Below are positions 41,880 to 53,700 of a DNA stretch of 64,000 nt, in pieces. A program made the translations under genes and the position numbers. The notes beneath the pieces were generated by a model, which did not search any database, was not told the DNA's origin, and saw only the letters and a program-made list of their open reading frames with translations. The first letter of the stretch is position 1, and every line of letters starts with the position of its first letter. Source of the DNA: an uncultured Planctomycetota bacterium (GTDB taxonomy: Bacteria > Planctomycetota > Planctomycetia > Isosphaerales > Isosphaeraceae); NCBI GenBank assembly GCA_963845755.1, contig CAWJTV010000005.1:544001-608000 (forward strand). Reading direction: 5' to 3'.

Positions 41880-43954
41880 ATGCCCCGGATAGCCTTCCGT
41901 CCGTTGGTGCTGATCGCGGTCCTGGCGTTGATGGCCGTGATCGTCGGGGCTCAGGCCCCCGTTCCTCAGGCTGAGGATCAGGAAACCGCGCGGGAGGTCG
42001 TCGAGCTCGTCGAACGGAATCACATGGCACGTCCGGTCATTGATGATGAGATCGCGGTCAAGTGGTGCGACAATTTCATCAAGGACCTCGACCCTCAGAA
42101 GTACTATTTCTTGAAGGCGGACGTCGAGGATTTCAAGAAGGACGCGAAGAGCCTGGACGACCAGATTCGCGAGGGCAATATCGACTTCGCCCGGAAGGTC
42201 TTCGCCCGATTCCTACAACGTAGCGATGAGCGGTTCAAGTCGTCGATGGAGCTATTGAAACAGAAATTCGACTTCAGTCAGGACGAGTACCTGAGCGACG
42301 ACGCCGAGAAGATCGATTATCCCGCGGACAAGGCCGAGGCGGATGCCCGCTGGCGCAAGAAAGTGAAGCTGGATCTCCTGATCAGCAAGGTCGTCGAAGA
42401 CCTGAGCGACGCCGAAGCCGTCCACAAGTGGGAAATCCGCTACAAAGATCGCAACCGATTCTGGCACCAGACGGATTCTAATGAGCTCCTCCAGATCTAT
42501 CTCACCAGCTTGACCAAGACGTTCGATCCCCATACGTCCTACCTGGGTCAGAAGGACCTGGAGGATATGCTCAACCAGCAACTCCACCTCTCGCTGGAGG
42601 GGATCGGCGCATCGCTCCGTTCCGAGGACGGGTATGCCGTCGTCCAGGAGGTCGTGCCCGGAATGGCCGCGGACAAGGATGGCCGGCTCCAGCCCGAGGA
42701 CAAGATCATCGGCATCCAGAAGGAAAACGGTGAAGAGGTCAACCTGGTCGAGAAAAAGCTGAGTGACGTCGTTCGCTACATTCGGGGCCCGCCGGGACCA
42801 AGGTCCGGTTGATCGTTCAGCCCGATGGGACGAAGGAGCGGCGCACCTACGAGTTGACGCGGGAAAAGATCGAGCTCAAGGAGCAACACGCCAAGTCCAA
42901 GGTGCTCGATGTGAAGGCAACCGATGGCAAGAACCTCAAGGTCGGAATCATCAACTTGCCGGCCTTCTACGGCGACACCGCCGCAATTATCCGTGGCGAT
43001 CCCAACGCCGTCAGCGCGACCTCCGATTGCCGTAGGTTCCTGGAAGGGTTCAAGAAGGACGGCGTCGAGGCGGTCGTGATGGACCTTCGGGGAAACGGCG
43101 GCGGGCTGCTTGACGAGGCCAAGACTCTCTCGGGTCTGTTCATCGACACGGGCCCCGTCGTCCAGGTGAAGGAAGTCTTCGGGGTCAGGCACTACGATGA
43201 CGAGGACGTGGGAACGGCCTGGGATGGGCCGCTCGTCGTCCTCATCGACAAGGCGAGTGCGAGCGCCTCCGAGATCTTCGCGGGAGTGATCAAGGACTAC
43301 GGCCGCGGGCTGATCATCGGCGACTCGAGCACGTTTGGCAAAGGGACGGTCCAGAGCATCATGCTCATCCAGGACCGTTCGCGCCGACACGAGGCCAAGA
43401 ATCCCAACCGCGGTGCACTGAAATTGACCATCCAGCAGTTCTTCCGGGCCAATGGCGACAGCACCCAGATCAATGGCGTCGCGCCTCACATCCATCTCCC
43501 CTCGATGAACGATCATCGGGACTTTGGTGAGGGCAAGATGGATAACGCTGTCAAATTCGAGAAGGTCCCTCCCTTGGTCCACGACCAATACCACCGCGTA
43601 CCCTCAAATCTCCTTTCCCAATTGAACGAACGATCCACGGAGCGGAGGAAGTCCGAACCCAAGTTCCAGAAACTCGATGACCAGATCAAGAAGTACCTGG
43701 ATCGCAAGGCTCGGCACTCGATCTCGTTGAACGAAAAGAAGTTCCGAGCCGAGTATGTTCCCGAGGATCCCGAGGAGAAGTTGCTTGAGGAGAAGGCCAA
43801 GAAGGAGCGAAAGAAGAAGAAGTACGTGGAACGGGAGATCTGGAGCTCGGACTTCTACAACGATGAGGTCATTCGGATCGTGGCGGATTATTTGACGTTG
43901 GGTTCGAAAGTCCTGGCCGCCGCCCCCGAACGGGCCAAGTTCGTGGGACAGTGA
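41880..43954 (+). CDS. prc: Carboxy-terminal processing protease (S41A, Prc/Tsp type), apparent frameshift at about 42792
   Basis: LDPQK, FDPHTSY, LEGIGA (PDZ), DLRGNGGG, SASASEI, TFGKGTVQ and GDSTQ motifs. Confidence 0.9.
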
Positions 43955-43985
43955 GTCCGGGATTCCCCAAGAGACCTGGATGCAG

Positions 43986-44014
43986 AAAAGGCCGGACGCG
44001 AGTCCGGCCTTTTT
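43986..44014. terminator. Bidirectional intrinsic terminator
   Basis: AAAAGGCCGGAC-GCGA-GTCCGGCCTTTTT between convergent genes. Confidence 0.8.
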
Positions 44015-44027
44015 CATGATCTCGACT

Positions 44028-47000
44028 TCAACGCCCCCCCGAGTCTCCTGGAACAGTCGCCGACTTCTCCGCACGGATGGAACGGAGGAACGCGATCAAG
44101 TCGGCCAGGTTTTGAGGGGAGAGGTCCTTCTCCACCCCTTCCGGCATGAGCGAAATACCGGTTGAGGCAAGGCTCTCAATCTGGTTTCTCGGAACGACGT
44201 CCGACGCCCCCTCCGCGCGCTTGAGCACCAGAGCAGCCGCCGACTCCTCGACGATGATGCCGGAGAGCACGCGGCCAGTGACGGTTGCCAGCGAATAGTT
44301 CACGTAGTTGGACGCCACCTCTCGGTTCGGGTCGAGGATATGGACGAGCAGGTCCTCCCCAGATCGGTTCGCGACCGTGGCCAGGTTGGGCCCGACGTCA
44401 ACACCTTGCCCCTCGGCTTGGTGGCAGGTGGCACAGACTTTCTTGAAGACTTCGCGACCAGGGTCCCGACTTCCGGTCAATGACAACGACGGCTGGAACG
44501 CTGCGATGACCTCGGCCCGACTTCGCGCCCTCACGGCTCCGGATGCGAGGACCTTCTGGGCGGATGCTCGGACGGCGGGATCCGCATGGTTGCGCAATGG
44601 CATCAGTCGGCTCGGGTCAATCTCGGAGGCGGGAAGTTCGCGCCTTCCGATGGCCTCGATGAGCACGAGCGTCGCCTCCCGGCGACTCAGAAGTACCTCG
44701 ATTGCCTCGCGGCGCACCGCGGGACTCATCGATTTCCAGCGCCCGATCAGTTGTTGAGCCACGGAGGAGTCCAGGATTCCGCCCAGGGCTTGGATCACGC
44801 CGAGCTGGACGTCGGCTGGATGTCGGGCGTCGAGGAGTTCAGAGAGGCACTCCCGGGCCATCTTCGGATCCGCGGCGGCGAGGAATCGAACGGCCACAAG
44901 CCGGCTATCAGACGCGGCATCCGACCGGATGAGCTGGCGCACTGCGCCGACGAGCGCCGTGAGACGCCTGGAGAAGTCACCCCCTCGGCCAATCACAACC
45001 GGCAGAGAGCCGCCGGCCCGCTGGAGTCCGCGCAAAAGCGCCAGCGCAGCCTCCATCGTCCTCACAGGGGTCAGGCCGGCATCGTCGAGCAGTTCCGCCA
45101 ACGTGTTAAGTCGCTCGGTGTTTTGCTCGACACCAATGAGGTACGCCAACTGGTCGAACCAGACCGACCCTCCAGGCTTGGCCAAGAATCCGGGAACACG
45201 CGCGAGGGAGCGGAGAAATTCCGTGGCCCGCCCAGCAATCGAGCTGAGGACCGCGGCCCGGGTCCAGGGACTCGTCGCATCACGCTCGGCGATCGATGCG
45301 AAGGCAGCGAGCACTCTCGGGTCGCTTGCGACTTCTCCAAGGCGAAGCGCGACCTCAAAGCGAACCATCGGATCGGGATCTTGGGTCATCGAAAGCAGCG
45401 TCGAAACGAGCGAAGGCGTACCTCGGAGCCGGCCCTCCGTCAGGCACACGCTCCGCTCGCGGACGCGTGGCTCGGGATCGGCCAATCCCATGGCGAGAGT
45501 CTTCAGGTCCATCGCATCGAGGACTTGCAGGGTCCAGAGGGCGTGCAGCCGGCCCAGGGCGCTTGGGCGGCGGACAGCCAGTTCGCGCAGAAGCGGAGCT
45601 ACGGATCGATCGCGACGCTCAATCAGCAGACGCTGCGACGTTTCCCGCCACCACGAGTCGGGATCGGCCAGGGACTTGACCAGTACGGCCGAGGACGCCC
45701 TGCTCAAACGCGGCCCGCGGTGGCGAGCGGCTCCGGTGTACACCAATTGATAGAGACGTCCCCGCTCGTGGCCGCTGGTCAGGTCCAGGTGCTTCTTGAT
45801 CGGCTCCGGGATCGACAGGGGATGTTCGATGGTCTCCCGATACATGTCCAGGATCAGAAGAGTCCCGTCGGGAGTGTTGGCGAAATTGACCGGACGGAAC
45901 CAGTTGTCCGTCGATGCCAGGAACTCGATTCCTTCGTCCGCCCGCACGGCGCGGTACGTTGCGCCATCGATTTTCAGCCGCTTCCGATGGACCAGGTTGC
46001 CGCCAACGTCTCCGACGAAAAGGTTCCCGCGGAATTCCTCCGGGTAGGCCGAGCCCCGGTAAATGGTGGTCCCGGTCGCGGAGGTGAAGAAGCCGGTAGC
46101 GACCAGCTCGGTGGGCGGCAACCTCCTGGCCATGACCGGATCCGCGGCCCGCTGACGTGTCCGGACGAGACGCCACGGCTCGGGCGGACTGATCCGAAAC
46201 ACCGGCGCCGCGGGTCCCTCAGCCGCGATATCGAGGATCACCGGAGGCGGAATCAACGCCGGGTTGCGCTCGAGATCCCCGGACGGCAGCACGATCTGCC
46301 GGACATGATTGCTGTTGTTGCAGGTAAAGCGATGTCCCCAGTCGTCGAATGAGTGGCCGAACTGGCCGCCCCCGGAGATCGCCTCGAACGCGGAGCCATC
46401 TGGCCTGAAACGAAAGTCGCGGCCGCGGACCGAGACCGGCTTCTCGCCGGGTCGCGACAGATTCCGGATCATGCCGCCGTTGCTGCTCGTCACCCCGTAG
46501 ATCCAGCCGTCCGGTCCCCACAGCAGGCCGTTGACCAAGCCCTGGACGTTTTCCGTCCCGAACCCTGTGAACACGACTTTCCTGACATCGGCGAGGCCGT
46601 CACCGTTGGTATCCTTGGCGAAGAGGATGTCCGGCGCGGCCGCGATGAATACTCCATCGTCGTAGGGAACGACCCCTGTCGGCCATGCCAGCCCGTCGAG
46701 GAAAAGCGTTCGCGATTCGTATCGGCCGTCGCCGTCGTGGTCCTCGAGCCGAGTGATGCTGCCGGCGGATTTTTTCCCGGGAAACGGATAGTCGCGCATT
46801 TCGACCACGTACAGTCGGCCATCGGCGTCGTAGACGACGCTAACCGGATCCGCGACCAGGGGTTCGACCGCGATCGGCTCGAGATGAAACCCCTGGTGGA
46901 TGCGAAAGGATTTCAGGGCGGTCGCTGGATCCATCGCCTGGATTCGCGGCAGCTCTCGGGCCAGGTCGACCTCCTGGGAACCGCCACGGAAACCGGCCAT

Positions 47001-47048
47001 CACGAGGATTGAGGTGGACAGGATGACGAGGAGCGCGGATCGCCTCAC
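44028..47048 (-). CDS. PVC-type membrane-bound dehydrogenase / heme-binding CxxCH protein
   Basis: EPLVADPV..DADGRLYVVEM, GGGQFGHSFDDWG, WFRPV, HEAT-like region and CATCH..GPNL. Confidence 0.9.
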   Translation of the reverse strand: MRRSALLVILSTSILVMAGFRGGSQEVDLARELPRIQAMDPATALKSFRIHQGFHLEPIAVEPLVADPVSVVYDADGRLYVVEMRDYPFPGKKSAGSITRLEDHDGDGRYESRTLFLDGLAWPTGVVPYDDGVFIAAAPDILFAKDTNGDGLADVRKVVFTGFGTENVQGLVNGLLWGPDGWIYGVTSSNGGMIRNLSRPGEKPVSVRGRDFRFRPDGSAFEAISGGGQFGHSFDDWGHRFTCNNSNHVRQIVLPSGDLERNPALIPPPVILDIAAEGPAAPVFRISPPEPWRLVRTRQRAADPVMARRLPPTELVATGFFTSATGTTIYRGSAYPEEFRGNLFVGDVGGNLVHRKRLKIDGATYRAVRADEGIEFLASTDNWFRPVNFANTPDGTLLILDMYRETIEHPLSIPEPIKKHLDLTSGHERGRLYQLVYTGAARHRGPRLSRASSAVLVKSLADPDSWWRETSQRLLIERRDRSVAPLLRELAVRRPSALGRLHALWTLQVLDAMDLKTLAMGLADPEPRVRERSVCLTEGRLRGTPSLVSTLLSMTQDPDPMVRFEVALRLGEVASDPRVLAAFASIAERDATSPWTRAAVLSSIAGRATEFLRSLARVPGFLAKPGGSVWFDQLAYLIGVEQNTERLNTLAELLDDAGLTPVRTMEAALALLRGLQRAGGSLPVVIGRGGDFSRRLTALVGAVRQLIRSDAASDSRLVAVRFLAAADPKMARECLSELLDARHPADVQLGVIQALGGILDSSVAQQLIGRWKSMSPAVRREAIEVLLSRREATLVLIEAIGRRELPASEIDPSRLMPLRNHADPAVRASAQKVLASGAVRARSRAEVIAAFQPSLSLTGSRDPGREVFKKVCATCHQAEGQGVDVGPNLATVANRSGEDLLVHILDPNREVASNYVNYSLATVTGRVLSGIIVEESAAALVLKRAEGASDVVPRNQIESLASTGISLMPEGVEKDLSPQNLADLIAFLRSIRAEKSATVPGDSGGR

Positions 47049-47058
47049 GGATTGACCC

Positions 47059-49053
47059 TTACCCCTGGATGGCGTTGGTTCGGCCCAGGGCAATGTCGAA
47101 GTCGCCCACGGCCGGCACCAGCATGGAGAGGATCGCGAAGCCGTAGATTCCGGCACTCACCAGGAACGCGGCCATGAGATCGCCGTTGACCAGGCTGATG
47201 ATGCAGTAGAACGTCCAGAACGGCGTCAAGAGTGCGACCAGCGCGATGGCATTCGACGGATTCTTCGCACCCAGCGAGCCGAATAGCGCCACGCTGCCGG
47301 CCCCGATGAAGATCATGAAGCTGAGCATCTGCCGGCCAAACTCCCGGTCGCTGAGGGCGATCAAGAACGAGCACAATAGGATGCCGACCATTAGGAAGAA
47401 GATGGTGCCCAGGCTGTTGGCGACCGCAGTCCGGCTACTGGTGTAAGTGATCGCGGAATGGAGCCCAAGCATGCCGGCGAAGTGACACAAAAGGAGGAAA
47501 TCGAGCAGGAAGAAGACGAGGTTTTCCCCGGAGAGCATACCCATCACCGCCATCGCGATCGCCGTCGCCACCGGCAAGACGATCATCTCCTTGCTGTTGT
47601 AAAGCGCCCCGTAGAGTTTCCCGTAGATGAACTCCTTGGGGCTGAGTTCCGTCACCAGGAGGAGGTCGAGTGCCCCGGTGTCGCGCTCGCTGGTCAGGGC
47701 CGTGACGCCCTGCGCGTTGACGAGGACCAGGCTGAGGATCGTCAGGCCGACCGGGATCATGACCAGGCCGGACGCCAAGGGGTTTTCCATCCCCTGGCCT
47801 AGATTGAAGAACAGCCCCATGCCGAGCGCGAAGAGAAGGATGTAGCAGCCCTTGACGATCAGGGGCCGAGCTCCGTAGGCGCGTGTCATCAGCTCGCGCC
47901 AGAGGATGGGATTGGTCCAGGCCTCGCGATAGGCTCTTGGCGCCGCGGCGATCCGGCGATGAGTCCTTCGCGGAACGTGCAAGCCGGTCGTCGGGCCTGG
48001 TTCGTCACCCTTGGTCGGCAGCCGTGAGGTGCTCGAGGCTTCGGCGACTCCCGCCGGCTTGTCCGGAAGATGGGAACCTCCGGATTCGCCATTCGCGTGC
48101 GCTGTCCGTTCCTTTGTCGCCGTCCAGGTCGTGCCCACGGCGGCCGGTTCGTAGGCCAACTCCTCTTCGATCTCGACCAGTTTCTCGACGACCTCGACCT
48201 CGCCTTCCTCTCTCAGTTCGCGCGGTTCGTTATGGCCGGGGTTCCACTTGCGAAGCATCCAGGTCCCCAACCCCACCAGGATCGCGGCGAACGTCAGGCG
48301 ACACGCGATATAGACCAGGCTTGAAGCCCGGACCACGCCGGTCAATTCGCCCGATCGGGGATAGAGCACCGCCAGCATGGCGCGGTAGGGATTCAAGACC
48401 TCGACCAGCGGGACGCCCATTAACTCGAGCGTCGGAAACGCCAGTGCGAACGCTTCCACGCCGGCAACCGAAAAGACCACCATCAGGATGGTGAGCGAGA
48501 TCGACTGGAATGTCCGATCACGCCACAGGGCGATCACGAGCCCCAGGGCTCCCCCCGCCACGCCCGATGCCGCCGTGACCAGGAATAAGTTCGCCACCTG
48601 ACCGAAAGAGATCCCACCGAGCAATGTGCAGAGAAACAGAAGTGCGACGCTAGCCGCGAGGATGGTCAGCACATTGAGGAGGCCGGCGACCAGCTTGCCC
48701 AGCACGATCTCCAGGTCGCTCAGGTCGGTCATCAGCAAGAGCGTAAAGGTGCGCCGGTCCTTCTCGTACGACACCGTCGCGGCCGTGAACAACGGCGCGA
48801 AAAACAGCATCAAGGTTAATTGGAGCATGGCGAACATCCAGTACAGGATGCCGCCGAATCGCGCCACCACACCCAGCTCGGAGACCGTCTGCCAACCGAT
48901 GATCGATTGCCAGGCCGTCCACATCAAGATGAACAAGAAGCAAGAGAACGACGAACGTCCCAGGTAGTAGCGCGCCGGCCGGGGAGCCGTCAGAACTTCT
49001 CGCGCGATGATGGGTCCAGCAAACAAGGACGAACCTCCAGGATCGGCAATCAT
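47059..49053 (-). CDS. ABC-2 type transporter permease with duplicated membrane domains
   Basis: GPIIARE..EKDRRTFTLLLMTDL..IVLGKL and NPILWRE..SERDTGALDLLLVTEL..GKL. Confidence 0.82.
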   Translation of the reverse strand: MIADPGGSSLFAGPIIAREVLTAPRPARYYLGRSSFSCFLFILMWTAWQSIIGWQTVSELGVVARFGGILYWMFAMLQLTLMLFFAPLFTAATVSYEKDRRTFTLLLMTDLSDLEIVLGKLVAGLLNVLTILAASVALLFLCTLLGGISFGQVANLFLVTAASGVAGGALGLVIALWRDRTFQSISLTILMVVFSVAGVEAFALAFPTLELMGVPLVEVLNPYRAMLAVLYPRSGELTGVVRASSLVYIACRLTFAAILVGLGTWMLRKWNPGHNEPRELREEGEVEVVEKLVEIEEELAYEPAAVGTTWTATKERTAHANGESGGSHLPDKPAGVAEASSTSRLPTKGDEPGPTTGLHVPRRTHRRIAAAPRAYREAWTNPILWRELMTRAYGARPLIVKGCYILLFALGMGLFFNLGQGMENPLASGLVMIPVGLTILSLVLVNAQGVTALTSERDTGALDLLLVTELSPKEFIYGKLYGALYNSKEMIVLPVATAIAMAVMGMLSGENLVFFLLDFLLLCHFAGMLGLHSAITYTSSRTAVANSLGTIFFLMVGILLCSFLIALSDREFGRQMLSFMIFIGAGSVALFGSLGAKNPSNAIALVALLTPFWTFYCIISLVNGDLMAAFLVSAGIYGFAILSMLVPAVGDFDIALGRTNAIQG

Positions 49054-49494
49054 TGGGGCGGGATGAGTTGGATTCAGGATGAACGCAGCCGTCGGTCCCC
49101 GCGCGTCGCCCGAGGCGGTTCCGCGCTGAGGGATTGCTTTGGCCTCGCGAGCAAGATCGGTCAGGTCTTCAGCCGACGTACGTTCCAGCAGGCCGATTTG
49201 TTCGGACTTACCCGGCCTGTTGCCCATCTCGAGTTTACCAGAACACGAATCCGGTCTCAAACCGGACCGGTCGATCTTCGGTGTCGATAGGGGATCCCTA
49301 CGTCTCAGCGAATGGACTCTCGAGTTGGTCTTCGATTGCGTGCTGTCACGCAGGAAGGTCAAAGTCATGCAGAACAGCATTTTCGGTTGGGCTTCACACC
49401 GAAGCGAGTTCGATTCGACCATTGACAATGGGAGTCGCAACACCCTACGATCAAGTACACTTTCCTCCATCACTCTTGCGAACCCAGGAGCAGG

Positions 49495-49917
49495 TTGGGC
49501 GTGTCCCGGTCCGGACGGAAATCCCTGAAACGGGAGACGTACCTCCTCATCGCAGGGGCTCTCCTGGTACTGGTCGAGGCGATACCCGCCGACGCTGCGG
49601 GTTGCCATGTGCCGGACCGTCCCGTGCTGGGTACTCGACTCTCCCTGGAGACCGAACTGGCTCTGAGCCCGAGAGGGACGCAGGAAACACTACCGCCACC
49701 GGTGTTCACCCATCCCCCCTGCTCCGGCGAGGTTCCGCATCTCCTCGGTGCCTCTGGCCTCAATGCTGGGCTCGCGAACCGGGATCAGTCGCCGCTCGAA
49801 CTTTCGCCACTTTCGGAATTCCTCGGGATCCCGGATACTGGGGGGCAGCTTGAGCCACGGCGATCCCGCATCGATCGTCCCCCGCGGGCACAGATCTCAT
49901 CTCTTCTCTTCGCGTGA
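49495..49917 (+). CDS. Small secreted protein with Cys motifs and C-terminal RIDRPPR (DUF2946/RAPP-like)
   Basis: Signal peptide ending ADA-AGCH, PPCSGE and RSRIDRPPR near the C-terminus; start uncertain. Confidence 0.6.
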   Translation: MGVSRSGRKSLKRETYLLIAGALLVLVEAIPADAAGCHVPDRPVLGTRLSLETELALSPRGTQETLPPPVFTHPPCSGEVPHLLGASGLNAGLANRDQSPLELSPLSEFLGIPDTGGQLEPRRSRIDRPPRAQISSLLFA

Positions 49918-49984
49918 TCGGCCCGAATGATCCTGGGCCGGTGCCATGGTGGTCCAGGAGTCGAATCGACGAGGGAATTAACGC

Positions 49985-50581
49985 GTGATCCGCGCGATTG
50001 TCAGTATTGCGCCCGTGAAGGTCGCGGGGCTAGTTGCAATGATCGCGTGCGTGGGATGTCAGCCGGCCGGATCCTCGGGGATTCCCGGCATAGAGCTCAC
50101 GCCGCCGATGACCTGGCATCGGATTGAGTCAACCGGGGTGATGGTCCCAGGGGTCTCCCTGGCGGCCTGGTCGGGTCCGGAGGGCTCGACGCTGGTCATT
50201 TACCGGACGTTACCCGCCCCGGGGGATTCGGCGTCGACAATCGCCGACGGTCTGGCGAATCGGCTCGAGAACCTCCCCGGGCTGACGATCCGCGACAGGC
50301 GAACTGAGACCCTGGCCGGCACGACCGCGGCGCGGATTGAAGTGACCGCTCCGGGGATTGGTGATGCCCTGGCACCCAGCGGTGTCGGGACGCCGATCGC
50401 GCCGGAGGGGAAGTCGCTGGTCCCGACCCGGCAGGTCACGATCGGATTCGTCCGAAACGATGCGACGCTCTACCTGCGCTGGCACGCTCCCGAATCGTCC
50501 TATGACCGGATCGCACCGGATATCCGCACCACGCTCGATTCGCTCCGCCTGACGGACCGGGGATCGTCGCCGGCCAACTGA
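49985..50581 (+). CDS. Hypothetical lipoprotein
   Basis: Hydrophobic signal with lipobox-like CVGC; 198-aa ORF. Confidence 0.65.
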   Translation: MIRAIVSIAPVKVAGLVAMIACVGCQPAGSSGIPGIELTPPMTWHRIESTGVMVPGVSLAAWSGPEGSTLVIYRTLPAPGDSASTIADGLANRLENLPGLTIRDRRTETLAGTTAARIEVTAPGIGDALAPSGVGTPIAPEGKSLVPTRQVTIGFVRNDATLYLRWHAPESSYDRIAPDIRTTLDSLRLTDRGSSPAN

Positions 50582-50738
50582 CCGGCGAAACCCCACCGAC
50601 TAATCCGTGTTTCCCGAGTGTGTCGGTACGACAAAGCGGGATATCGCCGCGCTGGATGCGTCGGATCGATCGACGTCATCAATCACACCAATACGGTTTC
50701 GATCATTCTCGAGGTCTTATCGAGCGAGGGTTCGGTTC

Positions 50739-53700
50739 ATGACTGTGCAGGTCAATCCGATGCGAGACCGGAAGGGTCGGGCTTACACGCCCGCCGTCGG
50801 TCCGCGATTGCGGCCGCTCCTCTGGATCATCCTCATCAGCTTCGCCGTGCTCGGCGCCAACGGCTTCTATCTGGCCAGCGTCACGGCGCTGACCTGGTAC
50901 CTCGGCACCACCCAGCAGACGTTCTTCTACATGCTCATGATCGCGCTGCACCTGTTACTGGGCTTTCTGCTGGTCGTACCGTTCCTGATCTTCGGATTCG
51001 TGCACCTGGCGACTTCGTGGAAGCGGCCGAACCGGGGGGCGGTGCGCTATGGCCTGGCGCTCCTCGCCGTCGCGCTGGTCATCCTCATATCGGGCTTGAT
51101 CCTGGTGCGGATCGGCGATTTCCAGGTCCGAGATCTGAGGGTGCGCGAAGTCGGTTACTGGCTGCACGTCCTGACCCCTCTTCTCGCGATTGCGCTGTAC
51201 GTCAAGCATCGGCTGGCCGGCCCGATGATCCGTTGGCATTGGGCACGACGATTCGGTGTGGCCGTGGCCGGCTTCGTGGTGCTGATGGGGGTACTGCATC
51301 GGGCGGATCCCCTCGCGTTCGGCGTCAAGGGGCCCAAGGAAGGCAAGCGCTACTTCTATCCGTCGGAGGCGATGACGGCCAATGGGAAATTCATCTCCGC
51401 TCGGGCCTTGATGATGGACGAATACTGCCTCAAATGCCATGAGGACGCCTACAATGGCTGGTTTCACTCCGCGCACCATTTCAGTTCGTTCAACAACAAG
51501 GCGTATCTCAGTAGCGTCCGCGAGACGCGCAAGGTCGCCCTGGAGCGAGACGGTTCGACCCAGGCGGCGCGGTGGTGCGCCGGCTGCCATGACCCGGTAC
51601 CGTTCTTCTCCGGCGAGTTCGACGATCCGAATTACGATGACGTGAACAACCCGACCAGCCAGGCCGGGATCACGTGCACCTCCTGCCACGCGATCACCAA
51701 CGTGAACAACACGCGAGGGAACGCCCCTTACACCATCGAGGAGCCGGAGCACTATCCCTTCGCTTACAGCGACGACCCGATCCTCCAGTGGATCAACAAC
51801 GCGCTGGTGAAGGCCAAGCCCGAGATGCACAAGAAGACGTTCCTCAAGCCTGTCATCAAGGACGCGAAGTTCTGCTCGACCTGCCACAAGGTCGGGCTTC
51901 CCTACGGCGTGAACCACTACCGCGACTTCGTTCGTGGTCAGAACCATTACGATCCATTCCTCCTCTCGGGTGTCTCGGGGCATGGAGCCAGGAGCTTTTA
52001 CTATCCGCCGGTCGCCAAATCAGACTGCGTCGAATGTCACATGGAGCTGAAGCCGTCGGCGGACTTTGCAGCCCGCGACTTCGACGGCAAGGGCGGTCGC
52101 GAGATCCACGACCACCTGTTCATTGGGGCCAATACGGGACTCGCCACCATTCTTGGGGATCAGAAGACTGCCGATAAGCACGCTCGATTCCTCGCCGATA
52201 AAAAGTTGCGGATCGATATTTTTGGCCTCCGAGACGGCGGTGCGATCGAGGGGAACCTGCTCGGCCCGATCCGGCCGGAGGTACCGACTCTGAAGCCAGG
52301 CGGGAAGTATCTCGTCGAGGTCGTCGTCCGGACGCTCAACATCGGCCATCTCTTCAGCCAGGGGACCGTCGACTCCAACGAAATCTGGGTCGAGTTGGCC
52401 GCACGAGCCGGCGGCCGGATCATCGGCCACTCCGGCGGCAAGGGCCCCGATGATTCGGTGGACCCTTACTCGCATTTCATAAACGTCTACATGCTCGACC
52501 AGAAGGGCAATCGCATCGATCGCCGCAATCCCCAGGATATTTTCGTCCCTCTCTACAACAAGCAGATCCCCCCGGGTGCGGGGCAGGTCGTCCACTTCGC
52601 GCTGGAAGTGCCTCCCACGGAGCCCGGACCGATCACCCTCGAGGCCAGGGTCAACTACCGCAAGTTCGACCGTACCTATCTGAACTACATCTTCGGCGAG
52701 GGAAAGGGCCCCAAGCTCCCGGTGGTCGTCATGGCGAGCGATACAGTCCAACTTCCGGTCGAGGGGGGTGCGTCGGCGAAGAACGAACCATCGCCGATCG
52801 AACTCGTCTGGCAGCGCTGGAACGACTACGGGATCGGCCTCTTGCTGGAAGGTGGTAACACCGGCGGACAGAAAGGCGAGCTAAAGCAGGCGGAAGGTGT
52901 CTTCCGCAAAGTCGCCGACCTTGGGCCGGCGGACGGTTGGGTCAACCTGGCACGCGTCTACCAGAAGGAAGGTCGCATCCCCGAAGCCCTCGGCGCCCTG
53001 GAAAAGGCCGCCCGGCACGAGAAGCCCGCGGCTCCATGGGTCATCAACTGGCTCACTGGCGAGATCAACGAGCGCAATGCCATGCTCGACGAGGCGATCG
53101 AGAACTACGAGTCGGTCCTGAACACGAAGGTACCCGACCGCAAGCTGGACTTCAGCCTCGATTACGTGGTGATCAACGAGCTGGCCTCTACGTTGTACGC
53201 TCGAAGCCGCATCGAGCCGGTCAAGAGTCCGGAACGGCTCGAGTACCTGAAGAAGACGATTGCCGCCTATCGCCGGACGCTCGCGATCGACTCCGAGGAC
53301 TTCACCGCGCACTATGGACTCGGGCTGGCTTACGGCGATCCGGCCTGGGGAGATCGATCCACCGGAGGGCCGGCCAGTGAAGCCGGCGAGAAGGCGGCTG
53401 AGGTCTCCTCGGATGCGATCTTGAAGTCCGCTTCCGCGCTCGCCGATCCGAAGACTCGCGGCAACGCGTCGGCACGCCGAGATGCCGGGCTACGATTGGC
53501 CCGCGATGTCGCGAGGTTCATGGATGGGCCTCGGCCGGCCTACGAATCGCGGCTCGAGCCGCTGCACGACATGGTCGTGATCCTGGAACCGGCCTGGAAC
53601 AACGAGACGGACCCCGCCGCGAGGGCCGGCCTCGCCCGTGCGCTCGAGATGATCCACAAGCGGCTGCACGAACGACTCAAACCCGACGAGACGGCGGAGG

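Noticed and set aside
9807..43954. Programmed frameshifting or mass pseudogenisation
   Set aside because: No slippery heptamers noticed, catalytic motifs are intact, and the indels recur at the same motifs, which fits sequencing error.
44586..46352. 588-aa plus-strand ORF and other long antisense ORFs
   Set aside because: Shadow ORFs of well-supported opposite-strand genes in high-GC DNA.
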